A stretch of DNA of 64,000 nt from Alphaproteobacteria bacterium. Lineage in GTDB: Bacteria > Pseudomonadota > Alphaproteobacteria > SMXQ01. The notes under the pieces are model-generated. The model was not told the DNA's origin. It saw only the letters and a list, made by a program, of their open reading frames with translations, and ran no database searches. The first letter of the stretch is position 1; every line of letters starts with the position of its first letter. The stretch covers positions 3,881-67,880 of the forward strand of contig JAYQQF010000014.1 of the NCBI GenBank assembly GCA_038145705.1, in the 5' to 3' direction. Below, in pieces: positions 23,452 to 31,531 of this stretch. The translations under genes and the position numbers were made by a program.

Positions 23452-23991
23452 ATGTCCGGGTCACGCGCATCGGTTTCGATTTTGGTTCTGGTTCTGGCAT
23501 TGACTGTCTCGGCCTGCGGCTCCAGCGGCGGCAAGACCGCCAGGGACGAGGCCGGGCGCGATGTCGCCTCCCTCGCTGCCCAGGGTGATGCGTCCGCGCA
23601 ATACGCGATGGGGCAGGCCAGCAAGAGTTCGAATGCCGCCACGGCAACGCAGTGGTTCTGCAAGGCTGCGCGCCAGGGCGAGGCGCGCGCCCAGTTCGAA
23701 CTCGCGATGATTTACGGCAACGATCTGCTGGAAACGGGTCTCGGCGCGCGCATCATGCGCATCGGCGGCGGTTCCGGCGAAGTATCTTCTTCCAATGCGC
23801 GACTCGCGGCCATGTGGCTCGACCTCGCGATGGCGAATGGTCACAAGGAAGCGGCCAAGCGGCGCATTGCTCTCGGCAAGCGCATGAGTGCCGCCGACCA
23901 TATTGCGGTCGAGAAGCTTCGCGCCAAATGGCAGGAAGTCCCCTGCGAGCCGGGTCAGGGCAGCAGTGGAACTGCCGCCACCGTACGCTGA
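23452..23991 (+). CDS. Sel1-repeat lipoprotein
   Basis: Lipobox LTVSAC. Sel1-like units are GDASAQYAMGQ...KAARQGEARAQFELAMIYG. AGGAGG lies upstream of the ATG. Confidence 0.8.
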   Translation: MSGSRASVSILVLVLALTVSACGSSGGKTARDEAGRDVASLAAQGDASAQYAMGQASKSSNAATATQWFCKAARQGEARAQFELAMIYGNDLLETGLGARIMRIGGGSGEVSSSNARLAAMWLDLAMANGHKEAAKRRIALGKRMSAADHIAVEKLRAKWQEVPCEPGQGSSGTAATVR

Positions 23992-23995
23992 ACAC

Positions 23996-26047
23996 ATGAC
24001 CGCCCACGCGCCTACCCGGAAACCTGGCATTGGTTTACGCCTTGCCGCGATGGCATTTCTGCTGTCGGCATCGGCGATAACAACCGCGAGAGCGCAGGAT
24101 GTCCTGCCTCCGGAGGTGCAGTTCGATGTTCTCAAGCTGGAAATTGCCGAAGCGTCGCGGCGCGACCGCCACAAGGACGTCCTTTCGATGGCCGAGCGCA
24201 TGCGCAAGACGGGACAGCCGGTGCCGGCCGATATCTCGTTTCTGGAAGGAAAGGCTTTCTACGGGCTTGGCGCTCTCGCCATGTCGCGGCGGGCACTTGC
24301 GACTTACCTGAAGGACGCGGGCCGCGCCGGAAAAGACTATGACGAGGCACTCCGCCTGTTCGTTCGCGTCAAGACAGAGATCGACGACAGGGCCCGCACG
24401 GCGCGGGAAACCTCGCGCCTGCGCAGCGACTTCGAGGCCGCTCGTGCCATTTGGCAGCAGGAGCGTGAGCGGGCGGCCCTGTGGAAGAAGCACGCGATTG
24501 TCTTCGGCGGCCCCGAAGACGACAGCGCCGCCGCCATGGCCCGCACGGACGACGGCGGCATCGTGCTCGCCGGCGCGCTTCACGTACGCAAGACCCAGGA
24601 CGACAAAACCATCAACGCCACCTTGCCCTGGATCACGGCTTTCAACGGCAACGGCAAGCGCATCTGGCACAGGCCGCTCGGCGCCGCCAGCGACCCGGGA
24701 AGCCTGCGCAGCGTCACGGTATTGCCGGGCAAGGGTTTCCTGTTCGGCGGCGCCCAGAAAAATTTCCAGATCGCAGCGCTGACCGACCGGCAGGGAAATC
24801 TCGTCGCGAACGGAGAGGGCGATCCCTGGATCATGGCCTTCGCGCCCTCCTCAGGCGAAGGCGGCATCGCGAGACTGCTCAACAATGGCGACATCATCGC
24901 CATCGGTACCCAGGAAATCGGGAAGGGCGATGATTCAGGCAGGGCAACGGCCCGCCTGCCGATCGCGGTCCGGCTTTCGCCCAAGGGAAAAGTCGTCGGC
25001 AGGTTTGTTCTGGCGCGAGCGGGCGGGGCGCGATGGTACGATGTCAAGGACGCGCTGGTGCTGGATGGAGGCGATGTCGTGATTGCAGGCGAATCACGCG
25101 CCATCGACGGGGATGCGTCTTCCGCAGAGGGATACCTGATCCGGTTCAAGACGAGCGGGGAGGAGATCTGGTCGAGGCGTGTTCCGCCTTCGCGGGGCGG
25201 CGGCGGCGCCATCACGGCGCTCGCCGGCAACGGCGGCAGCATTTACGCCGTCGGCAGGGATGGCGCAGAACTGTCCTACATGAAATACGACGGCGGCGGC
25301 CAATTGCTCTGGAAACGAAGCCGCGCCGCGCCGGCCATGCCCGAGAGTTTCACGCGCCTTTGCGCCGTAGCCGATTTGCCCGCCAGGTTGACAGTCGCCT
25401 ATTCGAAGACGAAAGCGCCCGCCGGCGATCCGCTGTCGAACCTCGGCGAAGTCCGCGCCTTCGCCTGCCGGTCCGGGAAAGGTTTCGCCGCCGCAACCGC
25501 GATCGTTCCGCGGGAGGGCGGTTTCCTCATCCTCGGCATCATCGGCCGGGACGGCGACCCCGCGACACGGATCACGGCGACGGCAATCGACGCCGATGGC
25601 AAGGCGATCTGGGAAACACAACATGGCGACGGCCCCATCAACGTCGCGACGGGCGGTTTGCCCACGGGGGATGGCGGCTTTGTCATCGGCGGCATCACCA
25701 ACAACTGGGGCCGCGATGTTCTCCTGTTCAAGCTGACGGCGAAGGGCGAATTGACTTCATTCGCGGCCATTGCCCCGCGCGCGGTCCCTGCAAAGCCGAA
25801 GAAGCAGGCTGCACCGCCCGAGAAAAAGGCGGAACCGCCGAAACCGAGTGACAGCGAGGATCCACCCGAGGCGGAAAAGACAGAGCCGTCGCCGGAAGCA
25901 CCCGCGCCGGAGAGATCCGAGAGCAAGGCCCCGCCGCCCGCCCGGAAGCCCGCGCCGTCGGGGGAGGCCAGTTATGACCTGCTCGATCTGCTGGATGGCC
26001 TGTTCGGTGGCAATCCGGCGCCCGGGTCCAAGGATGAACGGCCCTGA
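23996..26047 (+). CDS. large secreted protein: helical N-terminus, about 7 beta-propeller-like repeats, Pro/Lys/Glu-rich C-terminal tail
   Basis: From ATG 23996 there is a signal peptide (LRLAAMAFLLSASAITTARAQ). Recurring blade-like motifs are DDGGIVLAG, NNGDIIAIG, DGGDVVIAG, GNGGSIYAVG, EGGFLILG and GDGGFVIGG. The tail is AKPKKQAAPPEKKAEPPKPSDSEDPPEAEK.... Confidence 0.7.
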   Translation: MTAHAPTRKPGIGLRLAAMAFLLSASAITTARAQDVLPPEVQFDVLKLEIAEASRRDRHKDVLSMAERMRKTGQPVPADISFLEGKAFYGLGALAMSRRALATYLKDAGRAGKDYDEALRLFVRVKTEIDDRARTARETSRLRSDFEAARAIWQQERERAALWKKHAIVFGGPEDDSAAAMARTDDGGIVLAGALHVRKTQDDKTINATLPWITAFNGNGKRIWHRPLGAASDPGSLRSVTVLPGKGFLFGGAQKNFQIAALTDRQGNLVANGEGDPWIMAFAPSSGEGGIARLLNNGDIIAIGTQEIGKGDDSGRATARLPIAVRLSPKGKVVGRFVLARAGGARWYDVKDALVLDGGDVVIAGESRAIDGDASSAEGYLIRFKTSGEEIWSRRVPPSRGGGGAITALAGNGGSIYAVGRDGAELSYMKYDGGGQLLWKRSRAAPAMPESFTRLCAVADLPARLTVAYSKTKAPAGDPLSNLGEVRAFACRSGKGFAAATAIVPREGGFLILGIIGRDGDPATRITATAIDADGKAIWETQHGDGPINVATGGLPTGDGGFVIGGITNNWGRDVLLFKLTAKGELTSFAAIAPRAVPAKPKKQAAPPEKKAEPPKPSDSEDPPEAEKTEPSPEAPAPERSESKAPPPARKPAPSGEASYDLLDLLDGLFGGNPAPGSKDERP

Positions 26048-26135
26048 ACAAGAGGATGACTGACTTATCCCCAGATTTTTTAACCTTTCAATTATCTGAA
26101 TTTAAATAGAATTTCACGAGTAGGGCGGATTTCGC

Positions 26136-26151
26136 TTAACCTACGATTAAC
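26136..26151 (+). promoter_or_regulatory. perfect CtrA-type box TTAA-N7-TTAAC upstream of the histidine kinase gene
   Basis: TTAACCTACGATTAAC sits in an AT-rich intergenic region. It is 55 nt before TTG 26206 and 82 nt before ATG 26233. Confidence 0.55.
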
Positions 26152-26205
26152 CAAACTCACGTTAGTTTCGCACCATCCGAGACAGCCTCCGGGCGTCCGG
26201 ATCGT

Positions 26206-27693
26206 TTGACGTGGTCATTTGGGAATTTTCGTATGCAGTCGTCCTCCGAGCGCGGCACCGCTCCGGAAAACGGATCGGGCGCGCGGTACGACCTGAACAT
26301 GCTGACCCTGACCTTTCGGGACAGGGGCGTTGAGAAGCATTACGCCCGCGATACGCTCAGCCGTTCGTTGCCGCTCGTGCGGATCTCCCTGTTTTTTGCG
26401 GCTGTCCTGTACGGCTTCTTCGGAATTCTCGATTTCCTCGTCATCCCGGAAGCGCACATACAGACCTGGCTGATCCGTTTTGCTTTCGTCTGTCCGATAC
26501 TCCTCGCGGTCACCGCGCTCACCTTCAAGCCGGGAATTTTCTTTAGCAAAGCACAGCCGCTGCTGACTTTGTGCATGGCCGCCAGCGGATTTGGCATCAT
26601 CGCGATGACCCTGGTCGTACCCGCGCCGGTCAATGCGCAGTACTACGCCGGCCTGATCATGGTGGTGATCTACGGCTCGACCCTCGTGCGCCTGCGTTTC
26701 CACAACGCAACGATCGTGTCACTGGCGCTCGTGGTCTCTTACCAGCCGGTCGCGATGCATCTCAATCCGGTTGCGGCCGAAACCCTGATCGCAAACAACT
26801 TTTTCCTCTTGATGGCCACCCTGGTCGGCATTTTCGCGAGCTACATCCAGGAACTGTACATCCGCCGCAACTGGATTTCGACCGAACTCCTGACCCAGGA
26901 GAAGGAGCGTTCGGAAAACCTGCTCGCGGAATCCCAGGCAGCAAACCACGCGAAGAGCGAGTTCCTGGCGATCGTCAGCCACGAGCTTCGCACGCCGCTC
27001 AACGCGATCATCGGATTCTCGGAATTCCTGAAAATGGAGATGTTCGGGCCGCTGGGATCCGACAGATACCGGGCCTATGCCGATGACATCTACACGAGCG
27101 GCCAGCATCTTCTCCAGATCATCAACGACATCCTCGACCTGTCCCGGGCCGAGGCGAAGAAACTGGAATTGTCCGACGAGGAATTCGAGCTGGACCAGGT
27201 GATCGACACCTGCATGCGGATGTTCCGCACGAAAGCGGCTGAAGACGGGGTCAGGTTGTCCTGGCGGCCCGGTCCTTCCGCCATCCTGCGCGCCGATCAG
27301 CGCCTGATCACCCAGGTCGTCATCAACCTCCTGTCGAACGCCATCAAGTTTACCGGGCGGGGCGGGGAGGTCGTGATCTGGTGCGAAGCGACTGACGAAG
27401 AAGGCTGCGCCATTGCCGTGCAGGATACCGGTATCGGCATTGCCTCGGGCGACATCCCCAAGATCATGGAACCTTTCGTTCAGGTGGAAAGCGCGATCAG
27501 CCGCCACCATGAAGGGCTGGGCCTCGGCCTGCCGCTGGTCAAGCGCATCGTCGAGCGTCACGGCGGCGAGATCGCCATCGACAGCACGATCGGCAAGGGA
27601 ACCAAAGTGACGGTGCGGCTCCCGGCTGCGCGGCTTTCCGCCTGGACGCGCCCGGCAGCGGCCAAGCCCCCGGCAGTCGGCGCCGCCCAGTAA
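26206..27693 (+). CDS. membrane sensor histidine kinase (multi-TM N-terminus, HisKA, HATPase_c)
   Basis: About 6 hydrophobic segments, then the H-box SHELRTPLNAIIGFSE, N-box LLSNAIKFT, G-boxes DTGIGI and GLGLGLPL. An alternative start is ATG 26233. Confidence 0.9.
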   Translation: MTWSFGNFRMQSSSERGTAPENGSGARYDLNMLTLTFRDRGVEKHYARDTLSRSLPLVRISLFFAAVLYGFFGILDFLVIPEAHIQTWLIRFAFVCPILLAVTALTFKPGIFFSKAQPLLTLCMAASGFGIIAMTLVVPAPVNAQYYAGLIMVVIYGSTLVRLRFHNATIVSLALVVSYQPVAMHLNPVAAETLIANNFFLLMATLVGIFASYIQELYIRRNWISTELLTQEKERSENLLAESQAANHAKSEFLAIVSHELRTPLNAIIGFSEFLKMEMFGPLGSDRYRAYADDIYTSGQHLLQIINDILDLSRAEAKKLELSDEEFELDQVIDTCMRMFRTKAAEDGVRLSWRPGPSAILRADQRLITQVVINLLSNAIKFTGRGGEVVIWCEATDEEGCAIAVQDTGIGIASGDIPKIMEPFVQVESAISRHHEGLGLGLPLVKRIVERHGGEIAIDSTIGKGTKVTVRLPAARLSAWTRPAAAKPPAVGAAQ

Positions 27694-27705
27694 CCGAAGA
27701 CCGGA

Positions 27706-29178
27706 TCAGGCGGCTTTCGTCTTCGTGATGTAGACCATGAAAACGCGGCCGGTCGGGTCGGGGCGGACTTCGACGATCGCCCCGTTGAGGCCCGCCGCCA
27801 TTTCCGCCATCTGTTCCTCGGTCCGGTAATGCAACGTCCAGTCGCAGAGGAATTCCATCGGCCAAAGATTGCTGCCCGGCACGTCGGCCATGTTGCCGAT
27901 CACCACGGTACCGCCCGGCGCCAGCTTGTCGTAAAGGGACCGCACCAGCCCCTGAATGCGCCGCATCGAAAGGTAGTCGACCAGCCCGACGCTGTAGATC
28001 AGATCCTGGGCGGGCAGGGTGGCGAACGCGCGGCCGGCCTTCATCAGGTCGATGAAGGAAACCTGCAGGCAATGCAGGCTTGATCCGTTGTCGTGCTTCA
28101 TCATCAACGGATAGGCCCGGCGATAGGCGCAATTGATGGCATCGCGGTCCTGATCGACAAGCGTGACCGATACCGGCCCCGGAATTTTCCGGACCGAAAG
28201 ATAATTGTAGATTTCCTGTGCCGGTCCGCAGCCAAGGCTGAGCACCCGCAGGGGCACGCGGTTCTGCGCCGCCGCGCGCTGCGCCACCGCCTCGGCGATA
28301 TACTGCTGGACCATGACCATGCGGGTCGCGATGCATTCGGCGACGTCAAGACCGATGCGATGCACCAGCTTCTCGAACACCGTGCCGCCGCGAAGCTGCC
28401 ATTCATAGACGTAATTCATCATCTCGAAGTCGCCGGGATAGCCGAGCGGCTTGCGGTAACTGCGGTTCCAGATGGCGCCGCCCATGAATTCCGGGGTCAG
28501 AACACGTTCGGTGAAAGCCTTGATCGATGCAACCGCATGGGACGACCCCATGAGCGGACGCACGATGGCATTTCCTTCGTGCCAGAGCTTGCGCCACTCA
28601 GGCAGCATGCGCTCTTCAGCGGCATGATAGATGGCCTGGAAGCGGGCAGGATCAACGAATGCGCCATCGCGATCCGATGCGGCCGTTTCGAACTTCGTCA
28701 GGGTCGTACGATAGGCGCGCAGCAGATGAACGACATCGGCGCTGAAACGCCGATAGTCTTCCGGCACTTCATCAAGAGCGTGCGAAAGGCCGCCGTTCAG
28801 TTCGCGCTGGATCAGGGTTTCGCTGTGCCGGTTCACCAGCCCGGCAATATCCAGGGATGTGCCCTTGAAGCTCAGCGCAACCAGGGTATCGAGCGAACGA
28901 TCTTCCACCCGGCGCAGATGGCCCCGGCCGCTGAACAGCATTCCGGAATCGTCTTCAAGAACGACCTGCACCTCGTCCCCGGGCAGGGGGATCGCGCTGT
29001 TCGCCCGCGCCGCCGATGCGGCGATACCGCTGATCGAAAGGTTCTCGAGATGATGCGGGCGGCCGCCGATCAGGACCCGCGGCAGGGCGCGCGGAAAAAG
29101 ATCGCGCGCGCGAAAACGCTCGGCCCGATAGAAAATTTCTTTGCCGGCAGCACCGGTCAGATTTTCGTAGGTTTTCAT
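27706..29178 (-). CDS. PilZ domain fused to a class I SAM-dependent methyltransferase
   Basis: From ATG 29178: RFRAR, then 20 aa, then NLSISG (the PilZ pattern RxxxR...D/NxSxxG). The C-terminal half has methyltransferase motif I LRVLSLGCGPAQE plus VTLVDQD and LAPGGTVVIGN. Confidence 0.8.
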   Translation of the reverse strand: MKTYENLTGAAGKEIFYRAERFRARDLFPRALPRVLIGGRPHHLENLSISGIAASAARANSAIPLPGDEVQVVLEDDSGMLFSGRGHLRRVEDRSLDTLVALSFKGTSLDIAGLVNRHSETLIQRELNGGLSHALDEVPEDYRRFSADVVHLLRAYRTTLTKFETAASDRDGAFVDPARFQAIYHAAEERMLPEWRKLWHEGNAIVRPLMGSSHAVASIKAFTERVLTPEFMGGAIWNRSYRKPLGYPGDFEMMNYVYEWQLRGGTVFEKLVHRIGLDVAECIATRMVMVQQYIAEAVAQRAAAQNRVPLRVLSLGCGPAQEIYNYLSVRKIPGPVSVTLVDQDRDAINCAYRRAYPLMMKHDNGSSLHCLQVSFIDLMKAGRAFATLPAQDLIYSVGLVDYLSMRRIQGLVRSLYDKLAPGGTVVIGNMADVPGSNLWPMEFLCDWTLHYRTEEQMAEMAAGLNGAIVEVRPDPTGRVFMVYITKTKAA

Positions 29179-29212
29179 CCCTGACGCCCTTTTTGATCCC
29201 CAAGTTCTGGCG

Positions 29213-29228
29213 TTAAACAATTTTTAAC
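29213..29228. promoter_or_regulatory. perfect CtrA-type box TTAA-N7-TTAAC upstream of the PilZ-methyltransferase gene
   Basis: TTAAACAATTTTTAAC lies 35-50 nt upstream of the minus-strand ATG at 29178, in an AT-rich 300-bp intergenic region. Confidence 0.55.
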
Positions 29229-29396
29229 CATGAAATTATCTTTAGATTCAACATGATTATGCGGCGCAGCAAGAAAAACTTACCTCGACAGAAAGTGCTA
29301 CTCAAAATTGTTCCCATTTTATTGGGGTAACGAGTCTCCCCGATACCACTAATAGAAATTTCGAAGACAGGCCTCTCCTCGGATCGATGGGCCAAC

Positions 29397-29427
29397 GAAA
29401 AAGCCGGGACCCATCGGGCCCCGGCTT
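29397..29427 (-). terminator. rho-independent terminator after the VOC/TctC/amidohydrolase/GST operon
   Basis: On the minus strand, AAGCCGGG-loop-CCCGGCTT is followed by TTTTTCG, about 50 nt past the stop at 29480. Confidence 0.75.
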
Positions 29428-29479
29428 CCGGCACAAACATGGCTTTCGCGAAAAGGGATTAGGCGGGAGTCTTGCCGTC

Positions 29480-30286
29480 CTACTCCTCGATATCGATCCA
29501 AGTGCCGTCGGGATCAGACATCTGGTACTGGCCCGTCGCCGCGCGCGCAAACAGCTGGCGACGGGTTTCCGCCTCCGGACTGCCCCCGAGCTTGAAGGGC
29601 GCGAGATACTGGTTCCAGTCCTCGGCCTTCTGGGCATCGGCCTTCACCGCCTCGATGCTCTCGACCTTGAAGCCGATGTGATCGGGGCCGGGCCGCTTGA
29701 TCGCCATGCCGGCGAAGGTGTCGATCGTCCACGGCATCAGCGTCAGCGTCACGCGGCCATCGGTCAGATGGGTGGCAGGAAGCTCCGACTGCTTGTTGGT
29801 CCGCTTCAGGTCGAAGACGTCCATGTAGAAATCGGCGACGCGGTCGACGTTGATGGTGCGGATCGCGAACTTGTTCAGATAGCGCTCCTGGTTCCAGCCC
29901 TGCGCCGCGGTCTCCGCGTACATGTTCGACCGCGTATCGCCCTTCTTCTGGGCAAGGTCGAAGATGTTGCCGTCCGGATCGTGCCCGGAATAGGCGGCGA
30001 AGGGACGGGTCGAGGGACGCTTGACGATGTTCGCCGTCGGCCAGTTCTTCTTCATCCTGGCGAGAACGGTCTCGACGTCATCGACGACGAAACCGAAATG
30101 ATCGAGACCGCCATAGCACCCGTCACGCTTCGGGTTGATGTTGAGACCGGCGTAGCCGTCCGAATAGACGACCCCGTGATAGGGCCGGTGCGTCGAACAC
30201 TTGAGGCCGAACACCGCTTCGTAGAACCGCCCCACGAAGGGGTAGTTCGCGCTGGCCATCGCCATATGGTTGATCTGGGCAAACAT
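29480..30286 (-). CDS. two-domain VOC (glyoxalase/dioxygenase) family protein, paralogue of 10422-11228
   Basis: 268 aa with INHMAMASANYPFVGRFYEAVFGLK...LDHFGFVV. RPFAAYSGHDPDGNIFDL parallels RPYAEYRAQDAEGNRFDL in the other copy. Confidence 0.7.
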   Translation of the reverse strand: MFAQINHMAMASANYPFVGRFYEAVFGLKCSTHRPYHGVVYSDGYAGLNINPKRDGCYGGLDHFGFVVDDVETVLARMKKNWPTANIVKRPSTRPFAAYSGHDPDGNIFDLAQKKGDTRSNMYAETAAQGWNQERYLNKFAIRTINVDRVADFYMDVFDLKRTNKQSELPATHLTDGRVTLTLMPWTIDTFAGMAIKRPGPDHIGFKVESIEAVKADAQKAEDWNQYLAPFKLGGSPEAETRRQLFARAATGQYQMSDPDGTWIDIEE

Positions 30287-30334
30287 GTCTCTCTCCTGGT
30301 TTACGGGTCACGGTCTCCGCCGTGAGGAGCGCGC

Positions 30335-31435
30335 CTACTCCGCGCTCTTCTTTTTCTTCTTGCCGCCCTTGCTCTTGACCTCGCCGGCGACGGTATTCTT
30401 CAGGTCCAGCGCCGCCTTGACCCGGGTCACCAGATCGTCGGGCGCATTGATGATGCCGTTCACCAGCCTCTGCAGTTCGGCGCCCGAAGTGGGCGCGATG
30501 TCGAGGGCGCTCTTCTTCGCCTCTTCCAGAAGCTTCGGATCCTTCATCGTGGCATCGAAAGACGCCCGCAACGCCGCCACGCGGTCCGCCGGCACGCCCG
30601 GCGCCGCGACAAACGGACGGCCGAGTTCGACCTCGTCGGAGAACAGCTGCAGGACTTCGCGGCTCGCCTGATCCTTGGCGAATTCGGTCAGCAGCGGCAC
30701 GTTCGGGAAATCAGGGTCCTTCTTGTTGCCGATCTGCACCAGGATATCGATCTTCTTGTCCTTCACCCAGTCGGCGTTGCGCGCCATCAGGCTGTTGAAG
30801 TTGTTGCCGGCGCGGCCCTGCACCTCGCCACGCTCCATGGCGAGGTTAACCTGCGTCGCGCTGCGATAGCCCATGATCACGCGAAAGCGCGTGCCCAGCA
30901 GGTTGTTGAGGATGACGGGGTAGAGGACGGTATAGGAACCGGCCCCCGTCGCGCCCATGATGACTTCCTTCTTCGTGGCATCGAGCAGCGACTTGATTCC
31001 GAGCGTATGCCAGACATAGACGTTAGAGTTGCTGGTGTTGGACGAACCGATCCAGTTGAACTTCGACGAATCGTAATCGACGCCCTTGCCGCCGAGGCGC
31101 TGGTTGAGGACGAAGGACGGAATCATCGTGCCGACGGCGGTACCGTCCTTGGCGCCCTGGTTGTAGAGGAAGCTCGTCGCCCGCAGCGAACCGGCGCCCG
31201 GCATGTTGCGCGGCACGAAGGTCGGGTTGCCCGGAATGTGACGCGACCAGTGACGCGCGACGACGCGCGCATTCAGATCGAGGCCCCCGCCCACGCCCGT
31301 CGAAATGACGAGGTTGATGGTCTTGCCCTTGTAGAAGTCGCCGACGGCATCGGCACGGGCGGCCGGGGCGGACAGAAGGACGGCGAAAGCGGCGATGCCG
31401 GTGGCGGCGATAGCGGCGGGGCGGTAAACGGGCAT
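30335..31435 (-). CDS. Bug/TctC-family periplasmic substrate-binding protein with a poly-Lys C-terminus
   Basis: Signal peptide, then ADAVGDFYKGKTINLVISTGVGGGLDLNARVVARHWSRHIPGNPTFVPRNMPGAGS. It ends KSKGGKKKKKSAE. Confidence 0.85.
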   Translation of the reverse strand: MPVYRPAAIAATGIAAFAVLLSAPAARADAVGDFYKGKTINLVISTGVGGGLDLNARVVARHWSRHIPGNPTFVPRNMPGAGSLRATSFLYNQGAKDGTAVGTMIPSFVLNQRLGGKGVDYDSSKFNWIGSSNTSNSNVYVWHTLGIKSLLDATKKEVIMGATGAGSYTVLYPVILNNLLGTRFRVIMGYRSATQVNLAMERGEVQGRAGNNFNSLMARNADWVKDKKIDILVQIGNKKDPDFPNVPLLTEFAKDQASREVLQLFSDEVELGRPFVAAPGVPADRVAALRASFDATMKDPKLLEEAKKSALDIAPTSGAELQRLVNGIINAPDDLVTRVKAALDLKNTVAGEVKSKGGKKKKKSAE

Positions 31436-31531
31436 GGTGAACGGTCTCCCTGTTTCAAAAACGTTGTGAAACAGAATACCGCGCCGAACCGGGCTTGCTC
31501 AAGGACGCGCAAAGCCCGGATCAGGCCGCCT

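Noticed and set aside
25975-26000. DLLDLLD patch at the C-terminus of the large secreted protein, resembling a eukaryotic clathrin box
   Set aside because: It does not fit L-hydrophobic-x-hydrophobic-[DE] in any register. It is more likely just an amphipathic acidic end.
26065-26073. DnaA-box-like TTATCCCCA
   Set aside because: It is a single copy with one mismatch to TTATCCACA. There is no cluster and no origin context.
29213-29440. 75-aa minus-strand ORF inside the AT-rich 300-bp spacer
   Set aside because: It has atypical composition for this genome and no RBS, and it crosses a terminator hairpin. It is most likely non-coding.
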